This document shows positions 1 through 13,084 of a DNA stretch of 64,000 nt, piece by piece. The translations under genes and the position numbers were made by a program. The stretch covers positions 1-64,000 of the forward strand of contig NMRA01000101.1 of NCBI GenBank assembly GCA_002633005.1, written 5' to 3'. The notes beneath the pieces were generated by a model. It did no database searches. It had not been told where the DNA came from and was given only the letters and a program-made list of their open reading frames with translations. Position 1 is the stretch's first letter. Every line of letters starts with the position of its first letter. The stretch is from Phoronis australis. Lineage: Eukaryota; Animalia; Phoronida.

Positions 1-289
1 TGAATATCTTTCTCCTGACTGTTGTTTAGCAATCATATTTACTAACATTATGCCTGTTGGGTGAATGTTGTTAATACATATACCCAATGTGCCATTGCTT
101 ATTTATGCCATTCAATGGAATATTTTTCGCCTGAGTTTTGTTTAGTAATCATGCCACATTTGAAGATTTCCATGGCAATCGAGTTGTTTTGAACCCAGAA
201 CCTCATGTCAACCACATGTATGCTGCATTGCAACATGTACCCGGGCCACTGCTTCGTTGATACTCAATAGAAATATCTGGGTATGAAGT

Positions 290-1200
290 GAGATGATAAA
301 CTTTATTGCTGGAGTATTTTGAATATATGTAACAGTGCAGCATAAAAAATTCGACTAGATAAAACTAATGCTTAAAATAAAACGTACTGAAAGATTTAAC
401 AATGGTTAACTAATACTAAAAAGATAAACCCTGTTACAAACTGCATGACTATGAGTTACATAGACACTGTGACTGATTTCAAAATGTATGGATTGTAGAA
501 GAGAACTTAAAATGTCACGCAGATGACATCAAAATCGGTATATACATTTTCGTAGAGTCAATGTACAAAATTCGGCATCAAATGTTCATACATCACTGGT
601 ACTTTCATATTTAGAAAACCTATGAAACACATAAACATGTGAGATATTTTAATATGCTTAAAAGCATGTTGAAATTCCATAAAGGGTTGGGGGCTATGTA
701 TTGGACCCCAGAAAGGGATAAGCAACTGATTTTTTACAGGGAGACTGCTCATATGGATTTTTTTAGTTGCAGAGTAGGCGTGAGCATATAGTTTTCTTCG
801 TCAACGTGAGATATCATATTCATTCATAATTATATCACCAAATATTCAACCTCTTTTACGACCTTTAACGGTTCACCATAATAAAAGCAGTTGTGTAATA
901 CAGGGCTTCTTAACAAATTACTTTTAAAACACATACCAGTACCATCCATTGATAGTGATTGAAGTTCTTGTGGTAAACCACATACTGCAAGAAGTTCAAA
1001 ATAACCGTCAACTGAGGGTGAGAACAGAACAAAATCATCTGCATACATGAAAGCATTGATGTACACAGGAGCTACTGCACACACAGTTCCATGTATATAG
1101 TCATTCAAAAGTGAGCCAAGTCCATCCGTGTCCACATTGAAAAGGTTGCCCGATAGTATACCATCTGGTCTTACGCCATTTGATGATTTCATGTCTTAAA
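290..1200 (-). mobile_element. Decayed non-LTR retrotransposon (LINE) 3' fragment with reverse transcriptase remnant
   Basis: ORF 830..1192(-) reads GVRPDGILSGNLFNV...INAFMYADDFVLFSPS, matching the QG..LSP.LF and YADD motifs of non-LTR RT. An AATAAA lies near position 300 on the minus strand. Boundaries are approximate. Confidence 0.75.
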
Positions 1201-3498
1201 TATTAACGGTGTTGATAGCCACGGGAACCCAGGTCCATCAAATTTGAAGACGGAACTCCCACGTCTGCTTATTAAAATGACGCCATTCCACTTTTAGACT
1301 CTATTGTCAATCGTGTTAGAGGTACTGCAGGAAATTTGGTGCTCTGCAACTGGTTGTAACGCCGTTGTCCCCCATGTTAATGATAAACAACTCAATCAAA
1401 GTCCAGTGTTTTGACAAATGGCAGTCACTGAAATCAAGCAATCAAGATTAAATGAAATTAATTATTAACCTCCGAGAAGAATTGTAACACAGATCACCCG
1501 AACTGATTGAGTAAATCACCCAATTCCACAACTGTACTCTCAAACCAAGTGTGAAACCGTGTATGTGAATAAAGTCGGATATCTGAATGACTGGTAAGTA
1601 CATTTTTACTTGGTTTTTCCAAAACAAAAACCTGTTTGGTAAAAATTTGATGGCTCAGAGAACACATAAGTAGTCAAAGCATGTAACTTCTTGGATGTTC
1701 ATAGCTGAAAGGTTCCATTACTTTTGGCTCTGGTGTTATTCTTGTTAATGGTACAAGGTCCCTGCTCGCGACGTCAAGTGGTATACAAGTCATCCGAAGT
1801 GCTTAGAATAAGGTTAAAACAAAGTCAACACACTGGAAGCGAAGACCCAACATGAATTCAGGTGAAATCTACACGTGAGAAAAAGTGTGGGTGAAAGGTA
1901 TGAAATCATATTATTGATGGGTACAAAAGTTTACAAGTCCACAAAAGCCCCAAAGATCAACAATCGACGTCAAAATGACAGAATTTTGACGACACAGCGT
2001 TCTAAACAGTGATTTTGAGCAAAATATCCCAGGAAATATATGCACGTGCTGCCTGTTTGAAACTATTTCATGGAAGCGCCAGTACCTCTGGAGAACACCC
2101 AAACAAAGCTTTGCAATGTACACCAGACTGTCGCTTTATGTTACATTTTCAAATTTTGGTTTACTGCTACTAAAAATTAGCAGCTCAGATGTTATTGGAT
2201 TTCAATCACTGCTTTCTGGTCATACAGATCTACGAACTAGTTCCAAACTAACTAGCTTCCCTCCTTGACGGATTCGTTAACCTTCAACCTGATAGGGCAA
2301 TTTTAAAACAATTTCAGTTGTCGTATTAGGACTTGAAAACTTTCAGAGTGTTGAGATGTACCTTATTCACACTAATAAAGTATAAAACCCCAAAAATATT
2401 AGCTTACCATATGATTTGAATTGAAAATTAAAAGTGAGAAAGAAGGTATGTAATCACAGTCTTCATGGGTACACATGTCTTAAGGTACACACAACTCTAT
2501 TAATTTGAAAGCTATAATGTTGAACTTTCATGACAAGAGATTCTAAACAGTGATTCTGAGCAAAATTATCGACAGGTTTTGAGCAGGTGCCTGCTTGAAA
2601 CCAATTCCTGGAAGAACCGGTGCCTCTGAAAGGAATCCAAGCAAAGTTCAGCAATGTGCACTGAGCTGTCGCTTTTATTCATATTTTAAATTTTTGGTTT
2701 AACACCAAACTACAATTCTATTGCTCCGCTGTTGTCGACATTGAATGACTGGTGTCTGCTTACATACTTCCTCGAACTAGATTCGAACTAACTAGCTCTT
2801 CTCTACCTTAGGCATGACAGGTCAATTTTATAAACTTTTTTTGTTATATTATGTGTGTTATGACGTAAGAGTCTTCAGAGCTTTGATCTGTACACTATTT
2901 ATACCAGTGCATTATGAAACGCAAGCAACGTTAGTTTATCTTCATCATTTTAGTCTTTAAGACTTCTTCCGTTTTGGTTATCCAAGGGTCGCAGCGTAAC
3001 TTTTGGGAATAGGTATGGCGTGTAAATAGACAAAAAACGTGCATTAATATGATTTACAAACAATCAGCAAAATTACGTGTTTTCAATTTGCTACTCGGAT
3101 GTTAATTGAAATTTTTTTGTACCTAGCTCGACAGAAATCCGAAACAGGGGCCACTGCTCGGCTCCATCTGGTTGGGACATCTGCAAAGGATATGAAATTA
3201 CACCATTGACTGTGAATTCTGAAGTCTTGAACGTCATTTGGGTTCATTCGTGCTTTCTTTCTTGATATGTTAGGGCTTGTGTTAATATGTTAGTCCAAGT
3301 GTTAGTCAGGTTTAGAAAGAACGTTAACATCAACGCCAAAGAACCAGCAAGAAACGAAACAAAATGTCTATTCCTAGAGAATGATAATACATTTGATAGA
3401 AGGGCAGATTTATCTATTGACATAAAGGTACGTCATCAAAACCCCAACATCAATACATTTGGAGAACCTAGGTTACAAGCAAAACCCACCAAACACTT

Positions 3499-4855
3499 AA
3501 CAAGAGCAACGCGGAGCGCTTAAAGGCGCCCCACAAAGCATCGCAAAAGGCGAGCTTTTACGGTTGTTTATTTGTGTCATAAAAATGGCCACTAGATGGA
3601 GAAAAAACTTATAATTCATCCGAAAACGGAACATGTCATTGCTCCTTTAATAGACTCATCTCACCAATAGCTGCCCATTTTCCAAATTTTCTGAAAACCC
3701 GTTAAGGACCTTTGAAGATACAGAGCTAAACCTAAAAAACAAAAATTACGACTAGGGGGCACACTGGTAGTCAGTTCCGACCGAAAGTTGTGGTCATTCG
3801 TTGTCAACATCATATAAATACACTTACTGAGTTTAGTAAAGATCCCGCAAACGGTTTAGGAGATATAGCCATGGGCGCAAAAAAAAACAAAACTGCCAAT
3901 AGGAGGCGCCAGGGTAGTTGAAGTCGCCGGAAAATCATCGTTAGCTGTCCTCATCGTAGTAACAACATACATGCTAATCTTCACAATCATCCTTAGAGCG
4001 GTTTGGTTGATAGAGGGATAGACGCCAAAAACAGACTCGAAAACAGTAAAAATGGCCACTAAGTTGCGCAAACTACGACAAATCCATCCGAAAATGGGAG
4101 GACAGTGTCATCTCACTAATAGATGCCTATGTGCCAAATTTCTTGAAAATTGGTTGAGGTCCTTTTTAGATCCAGAGGCAGACGTAAAAAACTAAAATTG
4201 CCACTATGGGGCACAGCGGTATTCGGGTCCATTAGAAACTCGTCGTCGCTCGTTGTCAACCTCTTATAAACACATTTGCAGCATTTAATAAAAGATCCTG
4301 TAGAGCCTTTAGGAGATACAGCTATGGGCGCAAAAAACAGAACTGCCAATAGGAGGCGCCACAGTAGTCGAAGTCGTCGGAAAATCATCGCCAACTGTCC
4401 TCTTCATAGTAAAAACATACATGCCAATTTTCGCAATCATCCTTAGAGTGGTTTGGTTGACAGAGAGGCGGACGTCAAAAAACGGACTCGAAAATACTAA
4501 AAATGGCCACTAGATGGCGTAAGATACCTTGAATCCACCCGAAAACGTAAGAATAGCGTCACCTCATTAATAGATGCCTATGTGCCAATTTTCATGAAAA
4601 TCGGTAGAGGACCTTTGAAGATACAGAGGAAAACGTAAAAAATTAAAATTGCCACTAGGGGGAACAGCGGTCCGAAACTCGTCGCCCTCTGTCGTCAACC
4701 CCATAGGAACACACCTGCTAAATGTCAATAAGATCCTGCAAGGGGTTTAGGAGATACAGCTGCGGACGCCGGACGCCGGACGCCCAGACGCCAGGACTCC
4801 CAGACAGAGATGACGGCAATATACACCCATATATAAATATTTGGGCGCATAAAAA
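3499..4855 (-). mobile_element. DINE-1/HINE-like non-autonomous Helentron with internal ~450-bp tandem repeats
   Basis: Absent from sister array units and inserted in an A/T run (ACACTTAA|...|AAAAA). Begins AACAAGAGCAACGCGGAGCGC, ends with a (GGACGCC)n-like microsatellite then the hairpin ACCCATATATAAATATTTGGGCGCATAAAAA. Internal AAAATGGCCACTA recurs at ~3582, 4049 and 4500. Confidence 0.65.
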
Positions 4856-6333
4856 CTCTATTACAATGACATGGACACCACATTGTTTTCAAGCAGGTTG
4901 AGATCTATGACTGCAAGTGTCGGCAAGGCCAAAAGCTTACAAAAACGAAAGGTGAACATCTTTATCGATCTTCATGTAACCGGTAAGACACAATCTCTTT
5001 GGCTCACTGGCGGTAATGGCAAGGACAGGGTCGTGCTTGTTCAGTTTCTGTATGACTCTGGAAAACCCTATACATTACTTTCAGGTTCAAAATTTATATC
5101 TCAGAGAGAATTTTCGGATTAATGTACAACTTTCAAATGCTACGATTTAAAAACCGTTCACAAAACGAAAATCATATTTTAAAATTTTAACAGGATTTCT
5201 GAGACTAAGTCACAACAAATTCTTCAAATTAAGTTCTATCTTGTTATTGATTCGGTGCCTTTGTTTTTTACAAAATTTTACGGTTTTGATAGACTTTGTG
5301 CTGAAACAAAGTGTGAAACATTGTAACTGAATCAAGACAGATGCCTGAATAACTGGCTGGTGGATTTTCACATCATTTTTCCCAAATCAAACAAGTATTC
5401 GGTGAAGTTTTGAAGGCTCAAAGTACAAACAAGTATTGGAATCGTGTAATTTTCAGGAGGTTTGCAGCTGGTCAGCACCATACCTTTTGGATGTGTTTTC
5501 ATTCGTGTATGTGGTACTGCAGTGCCCTTCGTACACTGCAACTGTTCTCAAAGTCAGATTCTGCACGTCAATGCTATTCCTTTCAGCCACAATCCATTAG
5601 TTCGACGAAAGGCCAAGTCCCTGAAAACCTATAATAAGCTTCAAAGTCAACACCTTGGAGGCGAATAACCTATATGATCTGTATTGAAAACCACAAGTGA
5701 GAACTAGTCTGCTCAGAAGTTGCGAAATCACCATATTCATGGGTCCGAATGTTTGCAAGTCCAAAAATTCACACAAGTTCTAAAGTCTCTTAGTTCGAAA
5801 GTTAAAATGTTGAACATTCATGACACGAAGTTCTCAACAGTGAGAGTTTTGAGAGTATTCTGCAGGTGTTTGCTTGAAACCAGTTCCTGGAAGAACCGGT
5901 TCTTCTGGATAGAGTCCAAGCAAAGTTCAGCTATGTGCCCGGAGCTGTCGCTTTAAATCATATTTTATATTTTGTCTTAACTGCGCTACAATTTTGTTGC
6001 TCCGCTGTTGTTGACATTGGTCAATGGTTTATGGTCTCATACATCTTCGAACTACAATCGAACTAACTAGTTCAAGTCTATGACGGATTTGTGAACGTTC
6101 GACATGACAGGTCAATTTTAAAAACATTTCTTTGTTATATTATTTCTGTCTTGATTTGAGAACCTTCAGAGCTTCCGAGCTGTACACTTTTAACACTAGT
6201 GCAGTATGAAACGCAAGCTACGTTAGTTTACCTTCATCATTTTCGTCTTTAAGACTTCTTCTTCCGTTTTGGTCATCGGTTGGTCTCTTTTGGAAATGGG
6301 TATGGCGTGTAAGTAGACAATAACGTGTATTAA

Positions 6334-8483
6334 AGGAGAATGCCACCCGATTTAATTAGTCTTTTATGCCGTCCTAATCGGTCTATATCCACATCGCCTC
6401 TCATACGGCCGACCTTACCTTGCCAAGAGGTGTCGCGTCAGGTGAGAAACGACGCTATGCAGAGTGAATGCCGCTATGTTGCGGTGCATCGTTCCCGCTT
6501 GTCCGAACTAAGCAGCTGAGAGGAAAGCGGGTAAATCGTTTTTTTTTTTTTTTACTTCCTCGATAGTCCGAAATGCTTAGGAAGTGGCTCATGGTAGTGA
6601 AGGATGAAATGTACGCTGTAAATAGCAAGTATGAGGCCGTGAAACATCTCCGTGTCTGTGGCCCGCAGACGTCGACAGTGCCTGACTAATCATTAGCGTT
6701 CTGTCGTTCAGTAACTTTTCCAGTCGTGAGGGGTGCTGAACGTGCGATAATATCTAGCTCTTTTGTTAACTGCACAGCTCAGTCTTTTGTCCCGCATGAT
6801 AACAAGCACGCCAATTATCTCCCAGGATTCAAAGGAAACTTATGGTGGTTGCACGCTATTACCGAACGCGTATTCAGAACACAGTCAAACCATCCTTTTG
6901 GACAGAATAGATTGTCTAAATTCTGTTGTCGTTGGGCGATTTTGGTGATCAAAAAACTTAGCATGATCAGCATTTGACGAGGAATTCCGAAATGCTATTG
7001 GTTTAAGCTCAAATATGTATAATAACTTAACTTTCATTTTTATCAGCCCAGCCCAGTCAGGCTAGATATGATCTGATCGGAGATTAGAGAAATTATCGAA
7101 CAAAAGAGCAGGCCCTCCAACCATAAATGCCAGAATGGAGTTAATCAGTCGTGTAAGATATTGGCTATGGGGGTAAACTTCCCAACTTGTTGTTAGGCTA
7201 TAGAGTCGAACAAGTTGGGAGCAACGGGATGTCGCCGTCATGTGCCTGCTTACCAAATAACTCCATAGGTTCCGTTGCCTGAGCTTGTTCACAGCGCCTC
7301 TCTAGTATTTCTTCATCACTGCATTCCTGTTCGAATTGATAGCCTGTAAATCTTAACAATCCACCTGCGAAGTCGGGACTGACGAGCTCTAGCTCGTCCT
7401 AAGTTGGGATTGCGAGTTGCTATGTTGGGGTTTATTACTGAGCGTTCTGTTTCAAAATGAATTATTCTCACCCTAACCAATACTTATATAAAACTGAAAC
7501 AATGTCCGTCTCATTAGATGCAATTTGCAATGCCTTTGGAGTGTTCTTGAGTGCAAATGATTTGAGAAGCCAGCAATGAATAAATCACTGCGTTACCGGC
7601 CTTAGGTGCAATAAAACTAATTGACGGGACACCGAGGCCGTGTGAGCTCAAGCTAATTTAGTGTTTGGTGGCAGAAACTGTTGTGAAACAACACGATTTC
7701 CATCCCACAGCCAGGTTAGGGGAATCTTTATTTACATGTACATTACTCAAATAATGATTGTCAATGTACAACTTCTGCCCTGACGGTGCCTGTGGCCAAA
7801 GCGGAACCTGAATTCGCGGCCCCGACGAGTACCGTAAGTAGACTTGAAGTGTCGTTGCTAATTCACCAACATAATCACGTGCACATTACTTTGGCTCACT
7901 AGTATAGTATTTTCTTGACTGGAAGTTTAGTTTCCACTGAACTTTGGCTGGTTTATGATAGTGATGTCTGATCAGTTTCCGAGCCACTGGCCAGGATAAC
8001 AAGCGTTTTGTGTTTAGAACTCAAAAAATCACAAGTCCAAATAACACAGATCTAGGTTCTCCTGTCTGTATCTCACGGAAAATACTTCGAAATTATCTCC
8101 AAACAGACTCCAAACTCCTGCTACGGGCCTCAAGTTATTGGCCTGCCGAACTTTTTAGGCTACGGTGTGCCCAAATACCAATAAATCCGTAAGAGCGAAA
8201 TACAACAACACGTTTTTATAAGAACTCGGTGTATTTTTAAGGGTTTTACATCGAAGTTTGATGATTTATTGGTGTTAAACCATGACTTCGAGCGATAAGC
8301 TGACACCAGTAACCCGTGAACTGCTGAACAGACTGCGTGTGACACCGATGACGTCATTGGATAATTTCAACACCTCCGTCTGCCGTCAGGTGTCAGGTAA
8401 CGCAACCGTACGTGTCGTTATGGAGTAGAACTACTCGATCTAAATTGATACAAATAAGGTTGTTTTTTGGGTGGCGTGCTCCT
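6334..8483 (+). mobile_element. Non-autonomous Kolobok-type DNA transposon (THAP remnant on +, KolX remnant on -)
   Basis: Perfect TTAA TSD at 6330-6333 and 8484-8487; the empty site GTGTATTAATATGATT is seen in sister array units. TIRs are AGGAGAATGCCACCC / GGGTGGCGTGCTCCT. 6477-6665(+) reads MLRCIVPACPN*...MLRKWLMVVKDEMYAVNSKYEAVKHLRVCG (THAP). ~7260-7350(-) reads GYQFEQECSDEEILERR (KolX N-terminal Y.FEP-like motif). Confidence 0.85.
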
Positions 8484-11400
8484 TTAATATGATTTACAAA
8501 CAATCAGCAAAATTACCTGTTTTCAATTTGCTACTCATATGTTAATTGATTTTTTGTCCCTAGCCCGGCAGAAATAGGTCACGGGAGCCACTGCTCGGCT
8601 CCATCTGGTTGTGACATCCGCAAAGGATATCAAATAACAACATTCACTAGGCATGTTGAGAACTTGAACGTCATTTTGATTCATTACAGCTGTCTTTCTT
8701 GTTATGTTAGGGCTTGTGTTAATATGTTAGTCCAAGTGTTAGTCGGGATTAAAAAGAACGTTATCCTCAACGCGACAGAACCAGCAAGAAATGAGACAAA
8801 ATGTCTAGTCCTAATGATAATACATTTGATAGAAGTGCAGATTTATCCACCGGTTCCTCTGGATAGAGTCCATGGAAAGTTCAGCAATGTGCCCTGAGCT
8901 GTCGCTTTAATTCATATTTTAAAGTTTGGTTTACCCGCACTACAATTTTGTTGTTCCGCTGTAATTGTTGATGTTGAATCACTGGTTTCTGGTCTCATGC
9001 ATCTTCGAACTACATTCGAACTAACTAGATCCAGTCTATGACGGATTGGTGAACCATCGACATTATAGGTAGTATGTGTATCATGACTTGAGAAACTTTA
9101 GAGATTTGAGTTGTACCCTATTCAAACTAGTGCAGTATGAAACGCAAACAACGTTAATTTACCTTCATCATTTTCGTCTTAAAGACTTCTTCCGTTTTGC
9201 TTATCAGTTGGTCGCAGTGTAACGTTTTGGAATGGGTATGGCGTGTAAATACACAAAATGTGTATTAAAATAATTTACAAACAATCGGCAAAATTACCTG
9301 TTTTCAATTCAATTTCCTACTCAGATGTTAATTGAAATGTTTTTATCCCTAGCCCGGAAGAAATTGGTCATGGGAGCCACAGCTCGGATCCATCTGGTAG
9401 TGACATCTGCAAAGGATATCAAAAAACACCGTTCACTACGCATTTTGAGACACTGAACGACATTTGGGTTCATTCGTTCTGTCTTTCTTGTTATTATAGG
9501 GTTGTTTTAGTATGTTAGTTTAAGTGTTAGTCAGGATTAGAAAGAACGTTATCATCAACGCAAAAGAACCAGCATGAAATGAAACAAAATGTCTAGTCCT
9601 AGAGAATGATCATACATTTGAGAGAAGAGCAGACGTATCCATTCACATAACTGTAGGTCATCGCGACCCAAACATTGATACATTAGGAGAGCCCAGACTA
9701 CAAGAAAAATACACCAAACACTTAAAAAAATCTCTTACGATCACATGGACACCAAAGGTGGAAAACTATAACTGAAAGGATCTGCAAGACCAAACGCTTA
9801 CCAATAACGAAAGGTAAATACCTTTATTGTCCTTCATGTAACGGGTAAGACAGCATCTCTTTGGCTCAGTGGCGGTGGTGGCTAGGTCAGTTTCGTGCTG
9901 GTTCTATTCCTGTATGACCCTGAACCATGTATGCCTTTCTCTAAGTTTTAAAATTGATATCTCAGAGGGAACTCTTCACATTGATGTAAAACTTTCAAAT
10001 GTCATGATTTAAACACTGTTCACAAAACAAAAATCAAATGATCGTGTATTTATGTATTAACAGGGTTTCTGATATCATTTCAGGGAGGCTTTCATGAAAC
10101 TAAACTCTATCATGTTATTCATAGGGTGAGTTTGTGTTTTTGCTGAATTTTACAGCTTTTGAGAGACTTTGTGCTGAAACCAAGTGTGAAACAGTGTATA
10201 TGAACAAAGACAGATACCTGAATGGCTGGCGAGTAGATTTTCACGTCATTTTTTCAAATAAACAAGTGTTTGGTGAAATTTTGAAGGCTCAAAGAACACC
10301 CAAGCGGACAAAACATGTAACTTTCAGGAGGTTTACAGCTGATCAGCACCATGTCTTTTGGATTGGATATCGTTCATGTAAGTGGTACTGCAGCGCCGCC
10401 CATGATACCCTGCCACTGTTCTGAAACCCAGAACCTGCGTGTTATTTCTATACCTGTCAGCCAAAATCCAGTAGTTCTACCAAAGGCCAATTCCATAAAA
10501 ATATAGTATTACAATGAGCTTCAAACGAAGTCAACACCCTGGAAGCGGACAACCCCTATGATCTGAATGGAAAACTACAAGTGAGAAGGTGTGTGGGCAG
10601 CAGGTAAGGAGTCGTGGTATTATTCATGGGTCCGAATGTTTGCAAGTCTAAAAATCCATCCAAATCTCCTAAGGTACACAAAAGTCCAAAAGTACATTAG
10701 TTCCAAAGTTAAAATGTTGAACATTCATGACACGAGGTTCTAAACAGTTATTCCAAGCGAAATGTTCGAGAGTATTGGAGCAGGTGCCAGCCTTAAACCA
10801 GTTTCTAGAAGAACCGGTCACTCTGGAAAGAATCCAAGCAAAGCTCAGCAATCTGCACTGAACTGTAGGTTTTACTTTTATTTCAAGTTTTTGGTTTACC
10901 TAACCTGAAATTTTGCTGTTGTTGACTTTCAATCACTTATTTCTGGTCTCATAGATTTTCGAACTGGGTTCGAACTAAGTATCTCTGGCCTATGACAATT
11001 TTTTAACCTTCGCGCATGACGGCAATTTTAAAAACATTTTCTTTGTCATGTTGTTCGTGTTATGCCTTAAGAGACTTCAGAGTTTAAAAGTGTACCCTAT
11101 ACATACTTGTCCAGTATGAAACGCAAGCAACGTTAGTTTACTTCATCATTTTCGTCTCAAAGACTTCTTCTTCCGTTTTGGTTATCCAGTGGTTGCAGCG
11201 TAACTTTGGAGAATGGGTATAGCGTGTAAATAGACAAAAACGTGTATAAATATAATTTACAAACAATCAGCAAAATTACCTATCTTCAATTTGCTACTCG
11301 GATGCTAAATGAAAAATTTTTGTCCCTATCTCGGCACAAATGGATCACAGGAACCACTGCTCGGCTGCAACGGGTTGTGGCACCTGAAAATGATACCAAA

Positions 11401-12425
11401 TAACACCATTCATCATGCACTTTGGGAAATTCAACGTCATTTGTGTTCATTGGTGTTGACTTTCTTAGTATGTTCAGGCTTGCGTTAGTATGTTAGTGTA
11501 AGTGTTAGTCAAGATTAGAAAGAACGTAAACGTCAGCGCCAAAGAACCATCAAGTAATGAAACATAAGGTCTATAGTCCTACAGAATGATAATACATTTG
11601 ATAGATGGTCAGATCTATCCATTGTACTAAATGTACGTCATCTCGACCCAAACATTAATACATTAGGAGAAACCAGACTACAACTAAAATACAGAAAACA
11701 CTTAAAAAATCTATCACAACGACATGAGCACCACATTGTTTACTCGCGGGTGAAGAACTATAACTGCAAGTGTCGGCTACACAAAGCGTTACAAATAACG
11801 AAAGGAAAACACCTTTATCGTCCTTCATGTAACGGCTAAGACATCATCTCTTTGGTTCACTGCCGGTGGTGGCTGTGTCAGTTTCGTGCTTGTGCAGTTC
11901 CTGCTTCACCCTGGAAAAACGTATACGTTTCTTTAAATTTTAAAATTTATCTCAGAGAAATCTGTTCCGAATTAAGCAAAACTTTCAATTGTTATGATTC
12001 AAGTACATTTCACAAAACGAAAATAAATTGACAGGGTTTCGAGATCACTTCGAGAACATTTTCATCAAATTAAGTTCTCTCTTTTTATTGATACGATGCC
12101 TTTCTTCTTTTTTTTTGCTAAATTTTACGGTTTTTGATAGACTTTGTTCTGAAACCAAGTGTGAAAGAGCGTCTATGAATAAAGACAGATGCCTAAATGC
12201 TTGGCGAGTACATTTTCACTTCATTTGTCCAAACCAAACAAGTGTTGGGCGAAGTTTGAAGGCTCAAAGAACACCTAAGAAGTCGAAACATGTAACTTTG
12301 AGGAGGTTTACAGCTGATCAGTACCATAAATTTTGGATTTGATATCGTTCATGCAAGTGGTACTGCAGCGCCCATGGTACACTGTCACTGTTCTTAAACT
12401 CAGATCCTGCATGTTAATGCTATCA

Positions 12426-13084
12426 TGGGTACTAGAATTAGGGACACCAAGGTCAACGACTTGTATTCCAAGATGGGATTTATGAAAGTGACACAGAGAA
12501 TTAAATATCTATCTGCCTGTTGTATGTACAGAGGTATCAATGGCTTGGCTCCAGCATATCTCAACCGGAAATTCAATATCCGTCAAGCTGTATATTCTAC
12601 ACGCTCTTCTATTGCTGGAAATGTCTTTTTAAAAATAATAAAACTGAGACCGGCAAGAGTTTTTTTTCTATGCTGCTGCTAGAATATGGAATTCTCTTAG
12701 CACAGAAATTAAACGTTCAGATTCAAATGACATTTTCAAACGTAATATTAAAAAGTGCCTGTAATTTACCTAACCTTTTTATACAATACCTGTCTCAATC
12801 ATGTCATTCTTTTCATTGTCGTAAATACTCTCGATGTTTGGAGTCGGCTCTTTATTATTTCATATCTCTTAGTTAAATTTTCACCATTCTTCGTCATTTC
12901 TTTATTGTCTCCATTCTCAACCTGTTTTAATTGTATCGTTTTACGTATATTTAATTGTTGTTTTATTACTTCATTGCATTATATTACTGTTTGCTGTTGT
13001 TGAGGGCCCACTTGGAAAGCAGTGCTATCACTGAAGAGGACATCCTCATTTTAAATATCACAATAAATAAATAAATGAATGAAT
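12426..13084 (+). mobile_element. 5'-truncated L2/CR1-group LINE 3' end inserted in an array unit
   Basis: Absent from sister units. Encodes RIKYLSACCMYRGINGLAPAYL...YSTRSS...ARIWNSL, typical of an ORF2 C-terminus, and ends in an (AATA)n/(GAAT)n tail. Confidence 0.75.
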
